A stretch of DNA of 39,755 bases. It comes from a virus. Taxonomy: Duplodnaviria > Caudoviricetes. The DNA lies in the IMG/VR virus record IMGVR_UViG_3300032266_000578, positions 1-39,755 of that record. The stretch is one strand, 5' to 3'. Below the pieces are notes generated by a model. It saw nothing but the letters and a program-made list of their open reading frames with translations. It was not told the DNA's origin and searched no databases. Position numbers and translations under genes: made by a program. Below are positions 8,188-15,800 of this stretch, one piece after another; the first letter of the stretch is position 1, and each line of letters begins with the position of its first letter.

Positions 8188-9282
8188 ATGAAAGGGTTTA
8201 TCGCTAAGGCGGCTCTGACCGCCCTGTTGGAAAAGGTCTGGTTGTCTTCGGGCAATGCCATCAACAAACTCGAAGTCAAGTTTGCCGGACGCACTGCGGG
8301 TATCCGCTTCAACCGTGATGACGGTCTGTCTGCTACCGTCATCCTCCCTGCCATTGACGAGGTCGCTGAGGTTACTCAGGGCTTCTTTAATGACCTGATC
8401 GGATACGTCCTGCACGAGCTTGGTCATGCATGGTTCACTGACAACGCACCTTGGGATGACGCTGTTGCCGCGCATGGCAAGGTTCTGGGCGGTATCGTCA
8501 ACGCACTGGAGGACGTTCGCGAAGAAGACGCAGTCATTCGCTCAGGCTATGCAGACAACGCACGGGCGCTGTTCGTGCAGCTTTGCAACAACGTGTTCAA
8601 GGACGGGTTCGACAACACGATGATTGAGAACGTGGCGGCGGTGATCGCAGTCGAAGGTCGCCGTTTAAACGACTATGCCCTGACCGTACCTGACCTGTTC
8701 TCTGGGTGTCCGTGGGCAGAGGAAATTGCAGACGCACTGTCTGATGCGCGGTTTGCAAAAACCACCGCTGACGTTGTCACTGTCGCTGTTGCCTTGTGGC
8801 TCAAAATAAAGCCTGAAGAAGAGGGCAGTGACGAGGAGGGCGAAAAGCCTCACGGCAACCCCAAGCCGGATGACGAGGGCGACGAAAGTGATCAGCCTGA
8901 TGGTGACAAACCCACTGACAAACCCACTGACAAACCCACTGACAAACCCTCAGACGAGCCTGACGAAAAGCCAGAGGGTGACGAGGGCGAAGAGGGTGAG
9001 GGCAAAGACGGCAAAGACGGTGACAAGCCTGACGGTGACAAGCCCTCCGACAAGCCCTCCGACAAGCCCAGTGACAAGCCCTCAGATAAGACTGACGAGG
9101 ATGGCGATAAGCCGAAAGGCAAACCGCAGCCACGGGGTGCGGGGGGTTCGGGTGAGGGCGCTATCCAAAACATCGAAGCGGGTAACTTGATCGAGGCGCA
9201 AGCCCGTGACGCATCACCCGCTCATGTCTTCAAGCTCCCGCTCCGCACTAAAACTATTGTTGGCAAATTTGACTGGAGGTAA
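8188..9282 (+). CDS. CobT N-terminal-like metallopeptidase-fold protein with acidic repeat tail
   Basis: GYVLHELGHAWFT...VNALEDVREE (HExxH plus NxxED), then a D/E/K/P/G-rich low-complexity tail. Confidence 0.8.
   Translation: MKGFIAKAALTALLEKVWLSSGNAINKLEVKFAGRTAGIRFNRDDGLSATVILPAIDEVAEVTQGFFNDLIGYVLHELGHAWFTDNAPWDDAVAAHGKVLGGIVNALEDVREEDAVIRSGYADNARALFVQLCNNVFKDGFDNTMIENVAAVIAVEGRRLNDYALTVPDLFSGCPWAEEIADALSDARFAKTTADVVTVAVALWLKIKPEEEGSDEEGEKPHGNPKPDDEGDESDQPDGDKPTDKPTDKPTDKPSDEPDEKPEGDEGEEGEGKDGKDGDKPDGDKPSDKPSDKPSDKPSDKTDEDGDKPKGKPQPRGAGGSGEGAIQNIEAGNLIEAQARDASPAHVFKLPLRTKTIVGKFDWR
8905..9090 (+). repeat. 12-bp coding tandem repeats (DKPT/DKPS), two blocks
   Basis: GACAAACCCACT x3 plus a variant from 8905; GACAAGCCCTCC x2 plus two variants from 9037. 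Confidence 0.9.
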
Positions 9283-9284
9283 TT

Positions 9285-10112
9285 ATGTCCTATGTACAAG
9301 AGCTTTATTCGCGCATGAAATTTACCGCGAACCGCGAACGCTGCCGCGAATTTTTTGAGGAGCAGATGACCTCTCCTCCCAAAGCGGTTGGTGCTACCCG
9401 TGCAGCGCTGTCGCAGATGCTGCGCTCCATCGACCTAGTCGGTTGGAGTCGCAACGAGGAGTCAGGACGCCTTGATCGCAAAGCGTTCACCCGTCTGGCT
9501 GCGGGTGCTACAACCGTGTTCTCGCGCCGTGATATGAAGTCAGCCGACAAGTCGGCGGTCACCATCTTAGTTGACTGCTCCGGTTCTATGTCGGGCGAGG
9601 TCATGGCGATCACTGCTCAGGTATCGATTCAGCTTGCCAAGATGCTAGAACAAGCGCGGGTCAACACGGCGGTGATCGGCTTCACTGGCTCTGAGCCTGA
9701 TGACTGGAAAGACGACGACACGAAAACCGACGAGCAGGTGCTAGTCACCGTGCCGTTTAAAAATCGTGGCGAGTCTCTCCGTGCTGCTGCTGAGAAGATG
9801 GGCGCTATTCGCGACTGTGCGTCATCCGGTAACCCTGACTATGCCGCCCTGATGTACGCCATCGAAGAGATCGCCACGCAGCCTGAACAGCGCAAGGTGA
9901 TCTTCTTTCTGACCGACACGGGGTCGTATGACCGCGCTCACATGAAACAGGCGCAGCTTTTTGCTGACCGTTTGGGCGTGACGCTTATTGCAATTGGTAT
10001 CGGGGCGCGTGTTGAGAAGCTGTTTAAACACGGTGCTGACGTTTACAACCTGTCTGACCTTGGCGGCAAGACATTCACCGCTTTACTGCGCACCCTGCGG
10101 TCTAAAGATTAA
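9285..10112 (+). CDS. von Willebrand factor A domain protein (CobT C-terminal-like)
   Basis: SGRLDRKAF motif, MIDAS ILVDCSGSM, FFLTD, IAIGIG; own GGAGGT RBS. Confidence 0.9.
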   Translation: MSYVQELYSRMKFTANRERCREFFEEQMTSPPKAVGATRAALSQMLRSIDLVGWSRNEESGRLDRKAFTRLAAGATTVFSRRDMKSADKSAVTILVDCSGSMSGEVMAITAQVSIQLAKMLEQARVNTAVIGFTGSEPDDWKDDDTKTDEQVLVTVPFKNRGESLRAAAEKMGAIRDCASSGNPDYAALMYAIEEIATQPEQRKVIFFLTDTGSYDRAHMKQAQLFADRLGVTLIAIGIGARVEKLFKHGADVYNLSDLGGKTFTALLRTLRSKD

Positions 10113-10118
10113 TCAACC

Positions 10119-10134
10119 GCCCCCTACGGGGGGC
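10119..10134 (+). other. GC hairpin with UNCG tetraloop
   Basis: GCCCCC-TACG-GGGGGC right after the vWA stop; no U tract. Confidence 0.55.
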
Positions 10135-10141
10135 AAAGGAC

Positions 10142-10360
10142 ATGATGATGGACGAGAACATATTGGACGCGCATGACGCGCTGCTAGACAAGGTCGGTGA
10201 CGCACTGGACGGGCATGACTTGAATGACGTCATGCCTGTGTTGGCGTTTTTGATCACCCGTTGCGCGGTTGATAGCGGCAACGGCAAGGAGCATTTTCTT
10301 GGCTACATGACCAAGATTGCCAACACTTTGTTTGAACACCCCACAAAAACTTTACAGTGA
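10142..10360 (+). CDS. Hypothetical protein (72 aa)
   Basis: AAGGA RBS; operon position. Confidence 0.7.
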   Translation: MMMDENILDAHDALLDKVGDALDGHDLNDVMPVLAFLITRCAVDSGNGKEHFLGYMTKIANTLFEHPTKTLQ

Positions 10361-10367
10361 GAACGCT

Positions 10368-10658
10368 ATGACATACACCGTGGCAGTGCTGCTTGAAGAC
10401 CGCGCTTTCGGAGGACATGAGGAGGGCGGTTGGTATTACGATTACGGATACCCCTGTGAGGTGCGTATAGCCCCTCAGAGGCGTTTTAAAACCTATGCCA
10501 AGGCTCAGGGTTACCTTAACCGGATCGCGCCTGTAATCGACCGCCTGAACCGTGACCGCCCGTCAATCTCTTCTGTGCTTTCAGAGGGGCGTTATCGCGC
10601 TTACATCTTCGGCGGTAAGCCCTGCGGCTACCCTGACCGTCAACCCCATTATTGCTGA
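10368..10658 (+). CDS. Hypothetical phage protein (DRAFGGHEEGGWYY motif)
   Basis: ATG 10368 in track frame 10317..10658; the motif resembles a common phage early-gene family. Confidence 0.75.
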   Translation: MTYTVAVLLEDRAFGGHEEGGWYYDYGYPCEVRIAPQRRFKTYAKAQGYLNRIAPVIDRLNRDRPSISSVLSEGRYRAYIFGGKPCGYPDRQPHYC

Positions 10659-10679
10659 CCAGTTCCCTAGAGGCTAATC

Positions 10680-10859
10680 ATGAAAATTTACGTTGAAGTT
10701 AAAAGTAACTATGGCTCACAAGCAGTCTACCCTGTGTGCAATACGTCCAAGCTATTCTGCGAGTTAGCGCGGCAACGCACGTTAACTCCGGACGCCATCC
10801 GGACTATCAAGGCTCTTGGCTATTCAATCGAAGTTATTCAACCTACGGTGACGCTATGA
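10680..10859 (+). CDS. Small phage protein (59 aa)
   Basis: Hand translation MKIYVEVKSNYGSQAVYPVCNTSKLFCELARQRTLTPDAIRTIKALGYSIEVIQPTVTL; GAGG RBS; ATGA overlap with the next gene. Confidence 0.75.
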   Translation: MKIYVEVKSNYGSQAVYPVCNTSKLFCELARQRTLTPDAIRTIKALGYSIEVIQPTVTL

Positions 10860-11113
10860 CTGAAATCAAAGACAAAGTGCAGACGTTCGCGCTCAACACT
10901 TGGCTATCTGACTACCCGTCCGACATGACCTATGAGCAAATTGTCGAGGCTCTGAACAAGGACGCTTGGACTGATCGTGACAACACTTGGAAAGAGGCGG
11001 GAATTGTACTGTCTTTTATTATTGAAAACCTGCACGGCGAGTACGCAGCCCTGAGAATCAGGGAGACGTTTAAACGGGCAATGGGTTTAATTGGGGAGGT
11101 GCAGCGTGGCTAG
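10856..11113 (+). CDS. Hypothetical protein (85 aa)
   Basis: MTEIKDKVQ start coupled to the upstream stop. FALNTWLSDYPSDMTYEQI resembles FAMGCCLSEYPDDWTYDQV of 11306..11545. Confidence 0.7.
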   Translation: MTEIKDKVQTFALNTWLSDYPSDMTYEQIVEALNKDAWTDRDNTWKEAGIVLSFIIENLHGEYAALRIRETFKRAMGLIGEVQRG

Positions 11114-11309
11114 TCACATTGCTATCGGGCATGACGAATCGGGCGGGGTTCACATTTATAAATTTGCCAGTAAGCGCGAGGCAAGCGAGTTCGTGCGTCA
11201 GGTCAAGGAGTTGGCAGATATATTTTGGGAGCAGTTTATTATGGAAACATCTAGTGTGCATGAGGCACTGGAATCGATTAAAAAATATAACGAAGAGGTG
11301 AAACCATGA
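11106..11309 (+). CDS. Hypothetical protein (67 aa)
   Basis: GTG start after GGAGG; overlaps its neighbours. Confidence 0.65.
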   Translation: MASHIAIGHDESGGVHIYKFASKREASEFVRQVKELADIFWEQFIMETSSVHEALESIKKYNEEVKP

Positions 11310-11545
11310 CTAACCTAGAACAAGCACAACGATTTGCTATGGGGTGCTGCCTGAGCGAATACCCCGATGACTGGACTTACGATCAGGTCTGCGAGGAACT
11401 CGAAAAGGAGGAGCCTGAAGAGGATGACGAGGGCGAGTGTGTGGTGACAGTGTGGCATCCCTTTGAGTACGCTGACGTACTGGAAATCATGGATGGTTTT
11501 GTCGAAAATGTTTTACGTCTCTTGGATGAAAAGGATAAAAAATGA
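11306..11545 (+). CDS. Highly acidic small protein (79 aa)
   Basis: GAGGTG RBS; D/E-rich sequence. Confidence 0.7.
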   Translation: MTNLEQAQRFAMGCCLSEYPDDWTYDQVCEELEKEEPEEDDEGECVVTVWHPFEYADVLEIMDGFVENVLRLLDEKDKK

Positions 11546-11712
11546 AAGCTTATTTCCGCAAGGCAACCGTTGTCGGACACGGGGGGATGTCATGCCCCTG
11601 CTGCGCTCCGAAGTCGGGTAACAAGTACGGGGCTGCTGCCCGTACCGTCATCAAGCGTCAAGCCAAGCGTTGGCTCAGTCGTTTGGTTAATCAGTTAAAC
11701 AAGGGGGAGTGA
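11542..11712 (+). CDS. Small basic protein with CPCC motif (56 aa)
   Basis: Hand translation MKAYFRKATVVGHGGMSCPCCAPKSGNKYGAAARTVIKRQAKRWLSRLVNQLNKGE; AAGGA RBS; coupled at both ends. Confidence 0.65.
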   Translation: MKAYFRKATVVGHGGMSCPCCAPKSGNKYGAAARTVIKRQAKRWLSRLVNQLNKGE

Positions 11713-11945
11713 TGCTTAAAATCAAAGAAGGGCGCAAGAGCGTTTCGCGCAACGGGGTGCGTATTCGCCCTGCCAAGCCTAAAATTCAGGCGGTCAACCT
11801 CCACAAGTGGGCAGACAGGTTGGTGCTTGCGCATTACGACCTGATCGGCGTCTGCATCCCGTTCTGGGCGCGTATGGCGCAGCATCAGACCAAGACAGTG
11901 CCACGCACTTGGTTTCATTTCAACGTAAGGGGGCAGTATGAATAA
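11709..11945 (+). CDS. Hypothetical protein (78 aa)
   Basis: GGGGGAG RBS; operon position. Confidence 0.6.
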   Translation: MMLKIKEGRKSVSRNGVRIRPAKPKIQAVNLHKWADRLVLAHYDLIGVCIPFWARMAQHQTKTVPRTWFHFNVRGQYE

Positions 11946-12111
11946 CGTGCTAATGGAAATTCGGGTGATCACTACACCCAACGGTTGGCGGGTCGAGCAG
12001 AACGGCAATTACATTGCCGATGATGCGGGTAACACGCACTGGGATGACCTGTCAGATGCGCTTGCAGCCCTGCGTAAGGGCTTGGAACTTTTAGACTTTG
12101 AGGATAAATGA
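11938..12111 (+). CDS. Hypothetical protein (57 aa)
   Basis: Hand translation MNNVLMEIRVITTPNGWRVEQNGNYIADDAGNTHWDDLSDALAALRKGLELLDFEDK; fills the gap and is coupled to the next gene. Confidence 0.6.
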   Translation: MNNVLMEIRVITTPNGWRVEQNGNYIADDAGNTHWDDLSDALAALRKGLELLDFEDK

Positions 12112-12332
12112 TGAGTAAAGACTTGCGTGAAGCGGCACATAAGGCGCTGACTGCGCTGAAAAGAATCAAGGGATACGGGGCTATCTATCGATTCAAAGAT
12201 AGTGAACAAAGCCCGTATGCTCAGGTGTGCGAGGCGGTTACAACCCTTGAAGAGGTGCTATACGACCCCTGTTGGTACAAGTATGTTTCGGACGAAGAAC
12301 TGTTGAACGAAGTCAATCTCAGAAAGCTTTAA
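12108..12332 (+). CDS. Hypothetical protein (74 aa)
   Basis: GAGGA RBS; last gene before the terminator. Confidence 0.7.
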   Translation: MMSKDLREAAHKALTALKRIKGYGAIYRFKDSEQSPYAQVCEAVTTLEEVLYDPCWYKYVSDEELLNEVNLRKL

Positions 12333-12335
12333 ATG

Positions 12336-12371
12336 AACCCCCCTGTCCTCGCGGATCGGGGGGTTTTTTTT
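12336..12371 (+). terminator. Intrinsic terminator of the early operon
   Basis: AACCCCCC-TGTCCTCGCGGATC-GGGGGG followed by T8. Confidence 0.85.
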
Positions 12372-12429
12372 CGTCCAAAATTCGGTGTGTACGCCAACCC
12401 GAATTAAGTACTTCGCATTTACTGCGTAG

Positions 12430-12489
12430 GTTTAAACGTTGAACAATTTAAACCAGCCTAACTCCTGGAAAGATGTTCAACGTTTAAAC
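12430..12489. repeat. Perfect 16-bp inverted repeat with GTTTAAAC at both outer ends
   Basis: GTTTAAACGTTGAACA (12430-12445) and TGTTCAACGTTTAAAC (12474-12489), 28-nt spacer. Confidence 0.9.
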
Positions 12490-12600
12490 GGGCTTTGTTT
12501 GACCCGGGGTGTGGGACTGAAGCCCGGAAGGTATTTATACTCTGTTTAAACATCTTACGGTCTCCGCTGGGAGACCGCTGGGAACTGGTCAGGCAAGTTG

Positions 12601-14253
12601 TCAAAATGAATCCGGTGTTTCAAAGTATGTGCCTGTCGTTTTGTTATACGACAACGCCGTTTCACCCTGAGTGCCAATCCATCTGTACCTGCACTTCCAC
12701 ACTGCAATCTGTACCTCTGTTTTAAGTCTATGCACTGTGATACCGCAATCAGCTTTAGCCCACCAAGCCATCGACCCGCTGATCGACATACCGTCCGGTC
12801 TTGGTAAGTCCATGCCTGACCTTGTGATCTTAGACGGGTGCGCTACGAACCAGACATGGACTCCGTAGGCTTTGGCGAATGCCTGTACCCTTGTCAGCAT
12901 ATTGCTGATGAACTCTGTCTCTGAGGCTTTGTCTTTGTTATCAATGTAATTGTAGGGGTCGATCACAAGCCCTCTTATCCCCATCCTGATCACGGCGATC
13001 TTAGCCCGTGCAAGTATTGAATCAATGGTCGCGGGTTCTACGGACTCCGAATCTAAAAATATAAAATGATTCTCTACCCATTCAAACGACTCTTTTTTCT
13101 GAGTCTCAGTCATTCTGCTTGAACCCTCAAAGAACCGTTTTTCCTCCTTGATTTCCATCAAGCGGGAGATATGGACTTCGGGCTGATTCTCAAAGGAGCA
13201 GATGGCAAACTTCCAATCATGCTTTCGAGCCAAGTTGACCATCATCTGATCTACAAAGTTACTCTTGCCAGAACTCGGGTATCCGGTCACCACCGTTAAC
13301 TGTCCTTGTGCGATGGTGTAAATCTGATCCACGTTGGCGTATCCGGTGCTTGTACCTTTGCCGTTCCCCTTCGACCACAGATCGTTTAAACGTTCATGAT
13401 ACTTACTCGGGGCGGACAATCCGGCGACGGGGTAAGGCTGTGCGTCATTGATGATTCTTTGTACCTCTTCCGCGCCCTTGTCTAGAAAAGCTTCGTTCAG
13501 GTCTTTATGATCGAACTTGGCTACCCTGCAACGGTCTTTGCCAATCCGTCTAGCTAACTCCTCTGCTAGGGCTTGCCCTGCGGTGTCGGTGTCTGTGGCA
13601 ATGATGACATAAGGGGCAGCTTGCAGAATGTCGTTGGCTGACCACACAAAGGCAAACTTCTTGTCTTCTGAGGCTTCGATCTTGCCATCACGGACTTTCA
13701 TTGGTGCGCCTGATGGTACGCTGAGACCGTTTTTAATCCCGCATTCGATCAAGGTCAGTGCATCGATCTCGCCTTCAACAATAACGATTGGTAGGCTCGT
13801 ATCCACTGCATCGATACCGAAAAAATCTTGTGCGCCTCCTGCATCCTGAATAAAGTCTTTGCTCTCAATACTGCGATACTTGGCGGCAACAAGCTTGCCA
13901 TTTTTGTGATAAGGGAATGCAATTGCATCTGAAACCTTTTCTAATTTGTTGAACCACTTCTCTGCTGAAAACACTCCAACTGAGTCTGCTGTTTCCGGTG
14001 ATATGCCCCGTGTCTTTAAAAATTCATAATGCTTACTTTGCATTGCACCCACGGCGATAGGTTTGATCATTGGGATCACGTTACTCTCCGGTTTTTTGTC
14101 ATAAGGGATAAGACCGCTTGCATCACAGTGATGGCAGTGATAGACCCATCCCTTGTCACCACGGGTGAGTACGCAATCTTTTGAGTTGGATTTTTTACGC
14201 TCTGATGAGCAATCTGGACAGGCAATCCTGCCCTCTTCAAGCTGTGCTTGCAT
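12601..14253 (-). CDS. Primase-helicase (T7 gp4/Twinkle-like)
   Basis: Zn finger CPDC..CHHC, TOPRIM IVEGEIDAL and IATDTDTAG, SF4 helicase Walker A GYPSSGKS, LVIDPYN, FVAHP, KCR. Confidence 0.92.
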   Translation of the reverse strand: MQAQLEEGRIACPDCSSERKKSNSKDCVLTRGDKGWVYHCHHCDASGLIPYDKKPESNVIPMIKPIAVGAMQSKHYEFLKTRGISPETADSVGVFSAEKWFNKLEKVSDAIAFPYHKNGKLVAAKYRSIESKDFIQDAGGAQDFFGIDAVDTSLPIVIVEGEIDALTLIECGIKNGLSVPSGAPMKVRDGKIEASEDKKFAFVWSANDILQAAPYVIIATDTDTAGQALAEELARRIGKDRCRVAKFDHKDLNEAFLDKGAEEVQRIINDAQPYPVAGLSAPSKYHERLNDLWSKGNGKGTSTGYANVDQIYTIAQGQLTVVTGYPSSGKSNFVDQMMVNLARKHDWKFAICSFENQPEVHISRLMEIKEEKRFFEGSSRMTETQKKESFEWVENHFIFLDSESVEPATIDSILARAKIAVIRMGIRGLVIDPYNYIDNKDKASETEFISNMLTRVQAFAKAYGVHVWFVAHPSKITRSGMDLPRPDGMSISGSMAWWAKADCGITVHRLKTEVQIAVWKCRYRWIGTQGETALSYNKTTGTYFETPDSF

Positions 14254-14269
14254 TTAGCCTCCTGCGGGT

Positions 14270-14548
14270 TTACTTCTTGGGTTTGTTGACCTTGACCGTG
14301 TGGTCAGAGTTTCTTGTAAAGCTTCGATTGGCACTAGGAGTTTTGAGTTTTAGATTGCTTTTGGCATTCGTTCCACCCTTGGACAAAGGCTTGACATGAT
14401 CAATGTCTTTTCCTGTCCGGTCTACACCCGCTTTGTCAAAGGCATAACGCGCTCGTTCACGCGCATTACGCTTTGGCTGCTCCCCACGGGCAAGCTGTTG
14501 TTGGTACTCTTTTTTAAGCGGTCTGTCCGCTTTGTTCTTGTATGGCAT
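14270..14548 (-). CDS. HNH endonuclease
   Basis: DIDHVKPLSKGGTNAKSNL..ANRS; probable start MPYKNK at 14548. Confidence 0.8.
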   Translation of the reverse strand: MPYKNKADRPLKKEYQQQLARGEQPKRNARERARYAFDKAGVDRTGKDIDHVKPLSKGGTNAKSNLKLKTPSANRSFTRNSDHTVKVNKPKK

Positions 14549-14750
14549 CGGACTCTCTTTCAAATATACGAGGTTCTGTAATCCAGTAACCCCCTGCGTT
14601 CTTTTCCATGAGTTTACTCGCCATTTCATCAGGAGTCATGCATCTTCTGTCCACGCCGTATTGACCATGACGGTGTTTTTCAAACGCACTGTTAGAGTTA
14701 AAGTATTCCTTACACTCCATGCACTGATTTTTAGATTGACCGACTCTCAT
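14514..14750 (-). CDS. Phage zinc-binding protein (CxxC..FxxHR..C, FDXHR-like)
   Basis: CMECKEYFNSNSAFEKHRHG..RRC; GGAG RBS before ATG 14750. Confidence 0.7.
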   Translation of the reverse strand: MRVGQSKNQCMECKEYFNSNSAFEKHRHGQYGVDRRCMTPDEMASKLMEKNAGGYWITEPRIFERESDAIQEQSGQTA

Positions 14751-14859
14751 GTTGACTCCATATAAACAAAGGCACAAAGCTTTTAGTTAACAATCTGTTG
14801 AAGCCTCAACGGGTGGTCAACACAAGCACTTTTAAAAACAGGGTAAAACTTAAAGACAA

Positions 14860-15030
14860 TAAACCTCACCCGTTTACACGGGGTTCTCCTTTCGGAGTGA
14901 TGCTCTCGTTTATCTAAGCTAGTCCGAAGACTTGGGTTTTACACAGGCTGTTTAGACCTCTCGCCCCATGCGCTACGTTTATCTGAGTCTGTCGCATCTA
15001 CATCATCAAGGGGTGGGTTATGCCCCCGTT
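14860..15030 (-). ncRNA. Candidate structured RNA upstream of the replication genes
   Basis: On the minus strand: AGTC-TTCG-GACT and CTCC-GAAA-GGAG tetraloop hairpins, a CCCG..CGGG hairpin, ATGCG/CGCAT and TGATG/CATCA stems, and AGATAAACG twice. The track lists no ORF here. Confidence 0.5.
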
Positions 15031-15039
15031 TTTGTAACT

Positions 15040-15582
15040 TTATATAACTATTTCTACATTTTCTTTTGGCAAGATCAAGCCAAAATCGTTAATAAACAGA
15101 CTGTTAGTCATAAAACGATAAATATTTATTTTACGCTTGCTTGATTCTTTCCAAGTGTTCTTATGGCTGATGCCTTTACGATCACCGACTCGCACCCAAC
15201 CCATTTGTTTCCAAAAGAAGTTAGATGGCAAGTCATCCGCACAACCGCAAGCAAAATCATCTATTCCACGCAAGTTACCATGAGCAATCCCTGCACTTAA
15301 CAAAGCTTTACCACGCTCAATAAGCCTTGCGTCTGCTTGTATGCAGATTTGATTCACCTTTGAGGGATTGCCATAAGAAAACATCACAAACCCTACTAAA
15401 TCATTGTTTTCAGAGCATACAAAAAGCTGATCATTACAAGTCGGACTCCATCTTTTACCGGTTTTAATTCCGGTAATAGCCGATTCATACGCCATCTTAG
15501 GAATGAACCCCAAACACATACTTTCTTTATTGGCTAAAGAGACAATGTAAGGTATGTCTAAAAGGGTCGCTTTCCTAATCAT
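15040..15582 (-). CDS. GNAT-family acetyltransferase
   Basis: MIRKATLLDI N-terminus, LVGFV strand, QICIQADARLIERGKALL acetyl-CoA loop, SNFFWKQMGW motif B. Confidence 0.8.
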   Translation of the reverse strand: MIRKATLLDIPYIVSLANKESMCLGFIPKMAYESAITGIKTGKRWSPTCNDQLFVCSENNDLVGFVMFSYGNPSKVNQICIQADARLIERGKALLSAGIAHGNLRGIDDFACGCADDLPSNFFWKQMGWVRVGDRKGISHKNTWKESSKRKINIYRFMTNSLFINDFGLILPKENVEIVI

Positions 15583-15604
15583 TTCTGACCTAAGTTTTGA
15601 ACGT

Positions 15605-15747
15605 AAAAAAGCCCTAATAAGGAGGCTTTAGGCTTGGTTGCCACAAGGCTAGATGGAATGGCATCTAACCATGTACTGACGAAGCCACCTTATTAGGGCG
15701 TTCTGTTGTTCCATTCAACTACTGACGGGTTACCAAGCCATCAGATA
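15605..15747 (-). ncRNA. C4/CI-like antisense RNA and attenuator leader
   Basis: Perfect 12-bp stem GCCCTAATAAGG/CCTTATTAGGGC followed by U6. Inner hairpin loop CCATTC and segment ACCAAGCC are complementary to GAATGG and GGCTTGGT in the upstream leader. Confidence 0.6.
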
Positions 15748-15753
15748 AAGACT

Positions 15754-15782
15754 ATTCTATACATTATTTTAAAAATTGCAAG
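15754..15782 (-). promoter_or_regulatory. Leftward sigma70-type promoter
   Basis: CTTGCA-N17-TAGAAT on the minus strand, just upstream of the C4-like leader. Confidence 0.6.
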
Positions 15783-15796
15783 CGGTGCGTTATAAT
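15768..15796 (+). promoter_or_regulatory. Rightward promoter for the candidate sRNA
   Basis: Perfect TATAAT at 15791-15796 with TTTAAA 17 bp upstream; overlaps the leftward promoter. Confidence 0.5.
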
Positions 15797-15800
15797 TAAA

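Noticed and set aside
8801-9190. Alternative-frame ORFs with WVCQ, LTNP and LSVG repeats
   Set aside because: Off-frame readings of the DKPT/DKPS repeat.
6792-10112. Cobalamin biosynthesis (cobS/cobT) as auxiliary metabolic genes
   Set aside because: No cobN or other cob genes in the window; these fit generic phage MoxR-vWA homologues, so no gene symbols were assigned.
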